IMG/VR virus record: IMGVR_UViG_3300037504_000331
Reading direction: 5' to 3' (one strand)
From: an uncultured virus (IMG/VR IMGVR_UViG_3300037504_000331)
Lineage: Duplodnaviria; Heunggongvirae; Uroviricota; Caudoviricetes
DNA: 64,000 bases
The notes beneath the pieces were generated by a model. The model was not told where the DNA came from and did no database searches. It saw nothing but the letters and a program-made list of their open reading frames with translations. This document shows, in pieces, positions 1 to 7,499 of the stretch. Every line of letters starts with the position of its first letter. The stretch's first letter is position 1. A program made the translations under genes and the position numbers.

Positions 1-12
1 CCGGACGGGGGC

Positions 13-52
13 GGGAGGGCCCGGGGACACGGGAGCAACCCCGGACCCTCCC
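13..52 (-). ncRNA. 14-bp RNA hairpin whose 12-nt loop (UUGCUCCCGUGU) is complementary to the early-gene leader ACACGGGAG
   Basis: Minus strand GGGAGGGUCCGGGG-loop-CCCCGGGCCCUCCC with one G-U pair; just downstream of ORF 76-711. Confidence 0.5.
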
Positions 53-75
53 CAACGGTCGCGCACGTCCGGGAG

Positions 76-711
76 CTACGCCGCGACCGTCGACTCGTAC
101 ATATCCGGGCGCGTTGCCTCTAGGGCCCGCGCGGACTCCTCCCGCAAGGAGTCCAGATGTTCGAGGGCCGCCCGGCGCGCGTCATCCGCGAACCCGCTAG
201 CCTCCCAGCCGGGTTCGGGGTTCCCATACATGCCGGGGCCCTCGAAACCCCAACATGATTCCACGGTCTCCCATTCGCGACCGTCCCAGACTTGCGCAAG
301 GCAACCCCAAACCCCGACTCGGTCTAGCTCCCGGAAAAAGGACTCGCGCTCCCGTTCTAGCTTTTCCGGGGAGATTCCGGGGTTCGCGTCCGGGTTGAAC
401 ATATCGCCCGGATCGTACGTCTCGCAGTCTGGAACGATACAAAGGCGCACGGGCCCCGGTTCGATGCAATCGGGCGGCCCGTCATCCTCCCCGAGTCGCC
501 CGTACATATCCAAGCGCTCGCATTCGTACCCGGACTCGGCGGCCCAGCGTGCGAGCGTGCGCGCCTCAGATAAGGCGCGTTGCGCGAACCCGCCGCCGGC
601 CGCGTTCGGGGAGCTAGCCCGGATGACGCGTTGCCCATGGCGGGCCGCGTCATTCCACGCGGACCATTGCCGATTGCGTTGGATTTGAAACAAATTCGAT
701 ATATCCGGCAT
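76..711 (-). CDS. hypothetical early protein (211 aa)
   Basis: ORF with AAGGAG RBS upstream; co-oriented with neighbours. Confidence 0.75.
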   Translation of the reverse strand: MPDISNLFQIQRNRQWSAWNDAARHGQRVIRASSPNAAGGGFAQRALSEARTLARWAAESGYECERLDMYGRLGEDDGPPDCIEPGPVRLCIVPDCETYDPGDMFNPDANPGISPEKLERERESFFRELDRVGVWGCLAQVWDGREWETVESCWGFEGPGMYGNPEPGWEASGFADDARRAALEHLDSLREESARALEATRPDMYESTVAA

Positions 712-763
712 GCGGACTCCTTTCGCTTTTCGCTCTAGGTTGACGTTCCGGCGCCGCGCCTAT

Positions 764-829
764 GGCGGCCCGTTCGAGGGCCCGGGGCGGGGTTAGCATG
801 CCTCCCGGGCCCTCTAGGCGGGCCGCCTA
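764..829 (-). repeat. intergenic structured hairpin, copy 1
   Basis: GGCGGCCCG/CGGGCCGCC outer stem, CCUA/GAA internal loop, GAGGGCCCGGG inner stem. Confidence 0.7.
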
Positions 830-1306
830 GGCGAACGCCGCGCACGCGTCCCGCAAGCGCCGCACGTGAATCGAGTCCGCGTCATGGTCCGAGTCGCATT
901 CGCACGCGTCCCGGTAATAGAGCGGGGACACGCGACTCCCGATGTTCGACTCGCCCGTCGCCTCGAACGAGTCCAGGAACGAACGGGCCCCGGTATAGTC
1001 CCCTTGCGCGGACACGAGTCGCGCGTCCGGGTTCGCCGATAGCAGGGCCGCCAGCGTGTCGCGGTATGAATGCCAACATGCGGCCGGCATGCGGCGCCGG
1101 TTTCCGTTGGCGTTGATTTGTTGCCCGAGTCGATGCCCGGGCCCGTATGAGCTACGGACTCGCAACGTAAAGCGAGTCTTGGGGTTCCCCTTGCGGTCCC
1201 GGCCGGCGGGTTCCGTGCGGCCCTCTAGGTTGCCCGCATACGATTCGGCGGAAACCTCCCGAATCACGCGCGCGACGGTCTCAGAGTCCAAACCATAAAC
1301 AAGCAT
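827..1306 (-). CDS. hypothetical early protein (159 aa)
   Basis: ORF with GGGAGA RBS and AACGCCA leader. Confidence 0.75.
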   Translation of the reverse strand: MLVYGLDSETVARVIREVSAESYAGNLEGRTEPAGRDRKGNPKTRFTLRVRSSYGPGHRLGQQINANGNRRRMPAACWHSYRDTLAALLSANPDARLVSAQGDYTGARSFLDSFEATGESNIGSRVSPLYYRDACECDSDHDADSIHVRRLRDACAAFA

Positions 1307-1352
1307 GCGCCTAGTCTCCCATGTTGGCGTTTGCAGTCTCCCGGCGCCGCGT

Positions 1353-1414
1353 CTAGCGGCCCGTTCGAGGGCCCGGGGAGCGAACCCCGCCGGACCCTCT
1401 AGGCGGGCCGCTAG
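1353..1414 (-). repeat. intergenic structured hairpin, copy 2 (UUCG apical loop)
   Basis: 11-bp outer stem, same internal loop, core identical to copy 3. Confidence 0.75.
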
Positions 1415-1632
1415 CGGACGGGCCAGCCGATAAAGGCCGCCCGGGCACGGGCCCGCTTAGCGCGCTCCCGGCCGTAGTCCCGCCGGATTCGCCATAGCTC
1501 CCGGGCCAGCGTGTCACGCGTGCGCGTGGTCTGGTCTGGCGCCGCGTCCGGGCCCGTGGCAATCAAGGCATTGATCGCGGCATGCGATAGCGTACCCGCG
1601 CCCGGCCGTTCGAGTTGAATCGTGTCACCCAT
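1411..1632 (-). CDS. hypothetical protein (73 aa, MGDTIQ...)
   Basis: Start reassigned to ATG 1632 after AAGGAG; overlaps the stop of the upstream gene. Confidence 0.6.
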   Translation of the reverse strand: MGDTIQLERPGAGTLSHAAINALIATGPDAAPDQTTRTRDTLARELWRIRRDYGRERAKRARARAAFIGWPVR

Positions 1633-2242
1633 GGAGTCGGGACTCCTTTTCCACGCTCCAAACGTACCCATCCGGGGCGGTTTCCTTGACGTAGTCCGAG
1701 TCGATGTCATCCGCCGATTCCAGGCGGGACGCGAACGACTCCCATTCGGCGGCCCGTTCCGCGTCATCCGAGTCCGGATCGAACGAGTCCGCTTGTTCCC
1801 GGGCGCGCTCCCGGATGTCCGCTAGCGCGGACTCCGCATCAAAGTAGACGCGCGGGCCCCCGTCCGGGAGACATCCGGGCAGGTATTCCATGCAAACCCA
1901 TAGGGGAATCTTGTAAAACTGAATCCATTGATTCAGCGTGTCATAATCCCCGGGGCCCTCCCCGTTGACGTGGTCCGCGATCAACTCCCGGACATACTCA
2001 TACCCGTCACCCGTTAACGGGTTTTCGAGGAACGTGCGGCATTCGGGGTTGCCGCAATGTTGCGGCGTGTCCGCCTCCCCGCCCCCGTCCGGATATGGGC
2101 CCTTGGGCCATACGTCCGAGTCGTAGCTCGACTCGTCTGAGGTATCGCACGGTTTACCGCCGGCCGCCGCGATCTGGCGCTTGATGCTCCCGGCGCATTC
2201 CGCGCAATAAGTGTCCGCTTGGAAAATGTACGCGTCCGCCAT
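1625..2242 (-). CDS. hypothetical acidic early protein with CxxC motifs (205 aa)
   Basis: ORF preceded by CAGACACGGGAG leader; CAEC and CGNPEC. Confidence 0.75.
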   Translation of the reverse strand: MADAYIFQADTYCAECAGSIKRQIAAAGGKPCDTSDESSYDSDVWPKGPYPDGGGEADTPQHCGNPECRTFLENPLTGDGYEYVRELIADHVNGEGPGDYDTLNQWIQFYKIPLWVCMEYLPGCLPDGGPRVYFDAESALADIRERAREQADSFDPDSDDAERAAEWESFASRLESADDIDSDYVKETAPDGYVWSVEKESRLHG

Positions 2243-2288
2243 GGTCGACTCCCGTGTCTGGTCTGGCGTGATAGGTCCGGCGCGACCG

Positions 2289-2354
2289 CTAGGGCCGCCC
2301 GTTCGAGGGCCCGGGGAGCGAACCCCGCCGGACCCTCTAGGCGGGCGGCCCTAG
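2289..2354 (-). repeat. intergenic structured hairpin, copy 3
   Basis: 13-bp outer stem with compensatory differences versus copy 2; identical core. Confidence 0.75.
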
Positions 2355-2575
2355 AACCGTTCGCCCTCCCAGACCACGACTCCGCGCACGCATTCCGCGC
2401 GGCCCGCGTTCAAATCCGCCGCCATGGCGCACGCGGCCCCATAGGCGATTCCCCGCGCGGTCGACTCGATAGTCTCCCCGTCCGGGCCCGTGATAACGAA
2501 CCCGGCGCCGGCCGGCTTGACGTTGAACCCGGCGGCCGGGGCCGCGTTGGCGTTGACGTTCGCTTGCGTATTCAT
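2351..2575 (-). CDS. hypothetical protein (74 aa, MNTQAN...)
   Basis: ATG 2575 after AACGGGAGAC RBS. Confidence 0.65.
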   Translation of the reverse strand: MNTQANVNANAAPAAGFNVKPAGAGFVITGPDGETIESTARGIAYGAACAMAADLNAGRAECVRGVVVWEGERF

Positions 2576-2611
2576 GGCGCCTTGTCTCCCGTTGGCGTTG
2601 ACCATGGCCCT

Positions 2612-2645
2612 AGCTTAGGGCCCGATTCGTTGACGTTCCGTTAAT
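2612..2645 (-). promoter_or_regulatory. CtrA-box/GANTC promoter (one mismatch in the box)
   Basis: GATTC-G-TTGA-N7-TTAA with a TAAGCT -10-like hexamer. Confidence 0.55.
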
Positions 2646-3036
2646 CCCGCTCGAATGCGCCCGGCGCATAGAACCGCCCGGCCGTTGCGCGGTCGCGCAC
2701 GCTCAGATGGTCCCCGGGCTGGAGTCGCACGTCCGGCCGCCCGTCGGATTTGCGGGGCCGCACGAAACGCGGCCGTTTCATCTCAGACCGGGCCCGCATG
2801 TTCGATTCCACGGCCGCCCGTTCCTCCCGGGTTCCGACCGCGACCGCGAACAAGGCGCGGCCCGGGGCGAGTCCCCAGCCGGAAAGAAACGAGTCGGTCG
2901 CGACCACGTATCCCATGGCGGGCCGCCCGTCTTCCCTTTGGTCATCCGTGACGGGGGCGGGGAGGGGCCGCACGCCGCACGCGGCGGCCGGGCTATCCGT
3001 GACGCTGAATCCGTAACCTGTATCGCGATATGCCAT
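2641..3036 (-). CDS. hypothetical early protein (131 aa, MAYRDT...)
   Basis: Start reassigned using the AACGCCAGACACGGGAG leader at 3046-3062. Confidence 0.7.
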   Translation of the reverse strand: MAYRDTGYGFSVTDSPAAACGVRPLPAPVTDDQREDGRPAMGYVVATDSFLSGWGLAPGRALFAVAVGTREERAAVESNMRARSEMKRPRFVRPRKSDGRPDVRLQPGDHLSVRDRATAGRFYAPGAFERD

Positions 3037-3065
3037 TGCCTGAATCTCCCGTGTCTGGCGTTCGT

Positions 3066-3194
3066 TCAACGCATGGGGAATAGGTCTGAAACCCATTCCG
3101 CGACCGCGATTGCTCCCGTCGCCACAAGGGCGAAAAGGAACGGGGACAAAAGGAACCCCGCGACAATAAGCGCTCCCGCGTCCGCGTCTGTCAT
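3066..3194 (-). CDS. 42-aa single-TM peptide MTDADAGALIVAGFLLSPFLFALVATGAIAVAEWVSDLFPMR
   Basis: Below the ORF-track cutoff; GACACGGGAG RBS; directly behind a CtrA-box promoter; hydrophobic core. Confidence 0.65.
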   Translation of the reverse strand: MTDADAGALIVAGFLLSPFLFALVATGAIAVAEWVSDLFPMR

Positions 3195-3225
3195 GGTCTC
3201 GACTCCCGTGTCATCCGTTGAACAT

Positions 3226-3264
3226 GAGTCGAGACTAGGCGGGATTCCTTAACAAACCGTTAAC
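3226..3264 (-). promoter_or_regulatory. CtrA-box promoter with two GANTC sites
   Basis: TTAA-CAAACCG-TTAAC 3249-3264; GATTC 3243; -10 TAGTCT; GAGTC 3226. Confidence 0.75.
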
Positions 3265-3853
3265 AGCGCATATCGAAAAGCGCGCCCGTGGCGTTCCCAC
3301 CATATACCCGCGCGTACGCGTCGCGCGCCTCCCGTCGGAGTCTCAGATCGAACGCCGCACGGAGTCCGTCGCGCACGGTCTGGAATAGCCCGGGCATTGC
3401 CTCGAATGTCTCCCCGCTCCCGCGTTGGATAGCGTGACGGTCGCGGCCTATAGTCCGGTATTCCCAGCCGGCCGCCGCCGCAACCTCCCATTCGTGCGCG
3501 GGTTCCGTTTCGTGCGCCGGGCAATGCCTCAGACCGACTCCGGGGATATAGAGAATCGCCCGGGTTCCGGACTCCGAGACTCCCAACGCGACGCCATACA
3601 GGCGGCCCCCGTCATCCGGACACGCGCGCGGCATGGCGGCCGGGGCCCCGTACGGGATAGACGCTAGCAGGGCCGCGCATGCGAACGTGTCGCCGAACCG
3701 GGCCCGGGCGCATAGATGGGCGCGCACGGCCGCCGAGTCCGTGAAAATCGAACCGTGCGGGACAAGTTGCCCGGTCTCAGGATGGAAAGCGAACCCCTCC
3801 CCGTGCGCGCGTTCGAGTTGGGCAGGGGATAGGGTTTGAATCGGTCGCGCCAT
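3260..3853 (-). CDS. hypothetical early protein (197 aa, MARPIQ...)
   Basis: Start reassigned using the leader at 3860-3875. Confidence 0.7.
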   Translation of the reverse strand: MARPIQTLSPAQLERAHGEGFAFHPETGQLVPHGSIFTDSAAVRAHLCARARFGDTFACAALLASIPYGAPAAMPRACPDDGGRLYGVALGVSESGTRAILYIPGVGLRHCPAHETEPAHEWEVAAAAGWEYRTIGRDRHAIQRGSGETFEAMPGLFQTVRDGLRAAFDLRLRREARDAYARVYGGNATGALFDMRC

Positions 3854-3886
3854 GGTCGACTCCCGTGTCTGGCGTGATAGGTAGGC

Positions 3887-3914
3887 GGGGCCCCGGCCGG
3901 TCTCCCGGGGCCCC
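3887..3914. other. 10-bp GC hairpin between early genes
   Basis: GGGGCCCCGG-N8-CCGGGGCCCC; no U-tract. Confidence 0.5.
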
Positions 3915-3920
3915 ATAGGG

Positions 3921-5228
3921 TTAGGCGCCGGGGTTATCCCGTGCGATCAAGCGCGGCGCCATGGTGGGGCGGTATTCATCCGGCCGAATATCCACGCGGG
4001 ACACGGACTCGCCCTCGAATGCGAGCGCGACAAGGAGTCCAGCGTCCGGCCGTTGCCCGATAATGAGGAACGCGGGCCGCCCGGTCTCCCCGGGTTCAAC
4101 GCCGCGCGCTTCCCGGGTATCCATGCCCGGCCGCGTGTCCGGCGCATGCTCTACCCATGCGAGTCGGCCGTACCCGATGCCCGCGAACGTCCGCGCGGCC
4201 TTGTCTCCCGGGGCCCATACGTCCGCCGCGCGCTTGCAATAGTCATGGGCCGCAAGGTAGGCGCCGGCCGGGCCGCCCGGGTATTCCTGCCCATACGGAG
4301 TCCCGTTGACTACCCATCGAGTCGCGAACGTCGACTCGCGATAGATGGGGCGGGAACCGGCCGGGCGGAAACCGGCGGGGCGATAGAGCAACCCCACGGG
4401 GCCGCCGGACGTGGTCAACTCCCCGGCCGCTAGGACAACATCGGGATTCAGCGCTTTGAGGGCCCGGGCAAGCGGGGCCATGTAGTCATGCGCGGCCCGG
4501 CCGCGTTCGATCAACGCAACCGCTTCCCGTTCGCTCATTCCCTTGTCATCCGCGAACCGCCCCGGGCTTAGGTAGTCATTCCACCATTCGCGGAACCCGG
4601 ACACGTCCGCCGGGTTGATCGCGGGCGCAGGGGCGGCCTTGAATGCCTCCCCGCTATAGGACTCGGGAGCGGACTCGTCACGCGCCGGCTTAGGCGCCGG
4701 GGCCGCGTCATCCGACTCGGGTTCCGGTTCCGGACGGTTCCGCACGCGGGCCGCCATGGAGTCAATCGCCTGAGACTCGGCGGACGTGGGGCCCTTGCGG
4801 CGGACGTACCACGCGCGACCATTCGAGACCGTCGCCAGATGCGCCTTGCTTTGTTCGATCAAGCCGGCGCGTTCCAGCGAGTCCAGGGTCCGGGCGATAT
4901 TCGGCCGGGCGATGTCCGCGACGGGAGTCCATTCGCTCCCGATGGAGTCCAGCGTCGCGCGTTGCGTGTCGGTTAGGTCCGCGCCGGCCGTTGCGCCGGT
5001 TTCCATATCGTATGCGGCGGGAAGCCGGCGCCATTCCGGCGCGCGACACGGGCCGCCATCGGAACCGCCGAACGTGCGGCGTTCCACAACCCCGGCTTTT
5101 TCGAGCGCGCCCAGCGTTGGGCAGATGTTCCGAGTCGTCCCGGCCGCGTTGGCAATGGTCGACTCTGTAACCCATTCGGTCCCGATATGGGCCAGAATGC
5201 GGCGTTGCGCGTCTGTCAGCTTGGGCAT
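3921..5228 (-). CDS. multi-domain early protein with two tandem N-terminal winged-HTH-like repeats (435 aa)
   Basis: LTDAQRRILAHIGTEW...LEKAGVVE and LTDTQRATLDSIGSEW...LERAGLIE internal duplication. Confidence 0.75.
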   Translation of the reverse strand: MPKLTDAQRRILAHIGTEWVTESTIANAAGTTRNICPTLGALEKAGVVERRTFGGSDGGPCRAPEWRRLPAAYDMETGATAGADLTDTQRATLDSIGSEWTPVADIARPNIARTLDSLERAGLIEQSKAHLATVSNGRAWYVRRKGPTSAESQAIDSMAARVRNRPEPEPESDDAAPAPKPARDESAPESYSGEAFKAAPAPAINPADVSGFREWWNDYLSPGRFADDKGMSEREAVALIERGRAAHDYMAPLARALKALNPDVVLAAGELTTSGGPVGLLYRPAGFRPAGSRPIYRESTFATRWVVNGTPYGQEYPGGPAGAYLAAHDYCKRAADVWAPGDKAARTFAGIGYGRLAWVEHAPDTRPGMDTREARGVEPGETGRPAFLIIGQRPDAGLLVALAFEGESVSRVDIRPDEYRPTMAPRLIARDNPGA

Positions 5229-5262
5229 TGCCTAAATCTCCCGTGTCTGGCGTTGCCTCTAT

Positions 5263-5302
5263 GATTCCCAGCCTAGGCGCGATTCCTTAACAAACCGTTA
5301 AC
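5263..5302 (-). promoter_or_regulatory. CtrA-box promoter with two GANTC sites
   Basis: TTAA-CAAACCG-TTAAC 5287-5302; GATTC 5281 and 5263; -10 TAGGCT. Confidence 0.75.
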
Positions 5303-5516
5303 GCGCCGCGTCCGGGTAGACTCGGCGGGCGGAATGATTCCGCGTCCGCCCCGAACGCTCCCCGCGAACCGTCACGGTCGCGCCGGGCCCGCTTTTGATA
5401 ATCCGAGTCACGGTCCCGGGGAACCTATAGCCCGTCTGGGCAGATTCGACCGTCACGCGGTCCCCAAGGGCGATTCGGCCGTTGGGCGATTCGTACGAGT
5501 CGACATATTGCGCCAT
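5298..5516 (-). CDS. small beta-barrel (SH3/KOW-like) hypothetical protein (72 aa)
   Basis: GGGAG RBS; IALGDRVTV...GTVTRI pattern. Confidence 0.6.
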   Translation of the reverse strand: MAQYVDSYESPNGRIALGDRVTVESAQTGYRFPGTVTRIIKSGPGATVTVRGERSGRTRNHSARRVYPDAAR

Positions 5517-5519
5517 GGT

Positions 5520-6002
5520 CTAGCGCTCCCGGTTCGAGGGGGCGGAGTCCGTCGGATACAGACTCGCGAACGCGGCGGCCCAGATGTCCGCTTGTTCCTT
5601 TGCGGCGCGTTGAGTCTCCCGCTCGCATACCTGCCCGGACGCGTGGTCGCGGACGTGATACCCGGACGGGGTTTCGCGGCCCCGATAGACCGGGGAGATT
5701 GAAAACCGGCCGCCCCTGGAGTCGACGTGTCCGGACTCCGAACGTCCCCACGTGACAAGCGGGGCCGCGTCCGCCGCCGGTTCGAGCGTATGAAACGCGA
5801 ACGTCGCGCTAACCCGGCCGCCCCATTTTGAGTCGGGCATGTCTAGCGTGACGGTCGCGCGCGGCCCGCTAAGAGTCCCGCTCCCGTGGTATGTCGTGAC
5901 GGTTCCCAGCGTTCCGGCCGGGACGCGAGTCCCGTCGCCTAGGGTTAGGTCTACGTTCGTTTGAACCCGGCCGCCCGGGCGCGTGGTCATGGGGTTAATC
6001 AT
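5520..6002 (-). CDS. hypothetical early protein (160 aa)
   Basis: Preceded by the AACGCCAGACACGGGAG leader. Confidence 0.7.
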   Translation of the reverse strand: MINPMTTRPGGRVQTNVDLTLGDGTRVPAGTLGTVTTYHGSGTLSGPRATVTLDMPDSKWGGRVSATFAFHTLEPAADAAPLVTWGRSESGHVDSRGGRFSISPVYRGRETPSGYHVRDHASGQVCERETQRAAKEQADIWAAAFASLYPTDSAPSNRER

Positions 6003-6031
6003 GGCGCCATATCTCCCGTGTCTGGCGTTGC

Positions 6032-6190
6032 CTAGATCAATTCGAGGGTTTCCCCGCCCCGCCGAACCGCTTCCATAAGCGCCGCGTGCGCGTTGGCGTT
6101 GCGCGCGTCTAGCTCCCGGTCTAGCTCCCGCATGAATGCGCGGGCCGCGTCCGCCGGGGTTTGGTCTAGCGTCTGGCGTTGCGTGGTCAT
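6032..6190 (-). CDS. hypothetical protein (52 aa, MTTQRQ...)
   Basis: ATG 6190 after ACGGGAGTCGAG. Confidence 0.65.
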   Translation of the reverse strand: MTTQRQTLDQTPADAARAFMRELDRELDARNANAHAALMEAVRRGGETLELI

Positions 6191-6214
6191 GGTCTCGACT
6201 CCCGTTTGCTTGAT

Positions 6215-6253
6215 GATTCGATTATGGCCCGGATTCGTTAACAAGGGGTTAAC
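6215..6253 (-). promoter_or_regulatory. CtrA-box promoter with two GANTC sites
   Basis: TTAA-CAAGGGG-TTAAC 6238-6253; GATTC 6232 and 6215; -10 CATAAT. Confidence 0.75.
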
Positions 6254-6521
6254 GCGCGGCCCATGCTAGCAGAAAAAGGAACCCGCGCCCGGACCATGCG
6301 AGACCGAACCCCGCGACCGTCGCGGCGTAGGGGACCGCGACATATACCAGCGTCGCCGCGTCCGGGTTAGGCGCCTCGAACGGGGGCCATGCGAGCGAAT
6401 AGACCGCGAACCCCAAGCATGCGAGCGCGCCAAACGCGGCGGCCCCGGCGCCTAGGGCCGCGACGGGCCCCGTCACCATGCGGGCCAACTCGACTCCGAT
6501 ATTCCAGACCGTGCGAATCAT
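6249..6521 (-). CDS. membrane protein, 2 predicted TM (90 aa)
   Basis: Two hydrophobic stretches; GGGAG RBS. Confidence 0.65.
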   Translation of the reverse strand: MIRTVWNIGVELARMVTGPVAALGAGAAAFGALACLGFAVYSLAWPPFEAPNPDAATLVYVAVPYAATVAGFGLAWSGRGFLFLLAWAAR

Positions 6522-6557
6522 GGCGCTTTGCTCCCGTTGCCTTGCGCGTTGCCTACC

Positions 6558-6686
6558 CTAGCGGCCCGTCACGGTCGCGACCGTATCCGCGACCATGCTT
6601 AGGGTCTCGAACGCGACCGCAATGTGAGGGCCCGCGAACGCCGCGACCATACCCGCCGCCGCTAGGACTAGAACGAAACCGCGCAT
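6558..6686 (-). CDS. 42-aa hydrophobic peptide MRGFVLVLAAAGMVAAFAGPHIAVAFETLSMVADTVATVTGR
   Basis: Below the ORF-track cutoff; same 26-nt leader as 3066-3194. Confidence 0.65.
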   Translation of the reverse strand: MRGFVLVLAAAGMVAAFAGPHIAVAFETLSMVADTVATVTGR

Positions 6687-6717
6687 TGCCTCGACTCCCG
6701 TGTCATCCGTTGAACGT

Positions 6718-6756
6718 GAATCCAGACTATCCCGGATTCCTTAACAGACCGTTAAC
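6718..6756 (-). promoter_or_regulatory. CtrA-box promoter with two GANTC sites
   Basis: TTAA-CAGACCG-TTAAC 6741-6756; GATTC 6735; GAATC 6718; -10 TAGTCT. Confidence 0.75.
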
Positions 6757-6765
6757 GCGGGCGGC

Positions 6766-7278
6766 CTAGGCGACGATTCGCCCGTCGCGCCGAATCATGG
6801 TCACGTGCGACCGCCCGGACGCGCCCGACTCGTACAGGGCGAACCACGCCCATTCCCGCGCTTCCCGCGCGTCATCCGCCCGGACATCGAACGAATGCGA
6901 GACCATGCGCCCGGCGGCCGTTTCGATCCGGACATGCGCCCGATAGACGGAGTCCAGCGTCCGCGCCTCTACATACTCGAATGCGTCGCCCAGCGTGTCC
7001 GCCACCATGCCGGCCGCGTCGCCGTAGCTTTCCCGGGCCGCCTGCCCATGGGCCACCATGCGCCCAGCCGCGCGCTTGATTCGGTTCGCCCGCTCCCGCG
7101 CCCAGACGCCAGACCATGCCGCGTTGACTTCCGTCAACTCTACCCGTTGGCGCCGCGCCCGTTGCTCCCGCTTGTCCGCCACGTACAGGGCCGCCGCCGC
7201 GCCCGCGAACATGACAGACGCGACCGCGCAAAGGGCCGCCATGGTCAGAGGGGCGATAGTGTGAATCTGGTCAAGCAT
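6766..7278 (-). CDS. early protein with N-terminal TM anchor (170 aa)
   Basis: CACGGGAGAC RBS; hydrophobic residues ~10-32. Confidence 0.7.
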   Translation of the reverse strand: MLDQIHTIAPLTMAALCAVASVMFAGAAAALYVADKREQRARRQRVELTEVNAAWSGVWARERANRIKRAAGRMVAHGQAARESYGDAAGMVADTLGDAFEYVEARTLDSVYRAHVRIETAAGRMVSHSFDVRADDAREAREWAWFALYESGASGRSHVTMIRRDGRIVA

Positions 7279-7366
7279 TGCTCTGGTCTCCCGTGCTAGC
7301 GATTCGTTGGCTTGCGGGCCCTACTGTCTCAGGGGCCCTGAATTGACGCAAGGGGAACGTCGCACG

Positions 7367-7388
7367 GATTCGTTAACAGAGCGTTAAC
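7367..7388 (-). promoter_or_regulatory. CtrA box with adjacent GANTC
   Basis: GATTC-G-TTAA-CAGAGCG-TTAAC. Confidence 0.7.
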
Positions 7389-7499
7389 AAGGGCCCTCCC
7401 ACGCGCGCACGATTCAGGGGACGGGATAGACGGGGAGACATGGCGGCCGGGCGGCCCTGATACCCGGGAAAAATCGCCTTTTTCTGTTAACGCATAGAG

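Noticed and set aside
757..2354. Spaced repeats as a CRISPR array or integron attC sites
   Set aside because: The spacers are whole genes of variable length; no cas operon or integron integrase; G-U pairs and a UUCG loop favour an RNA structure.
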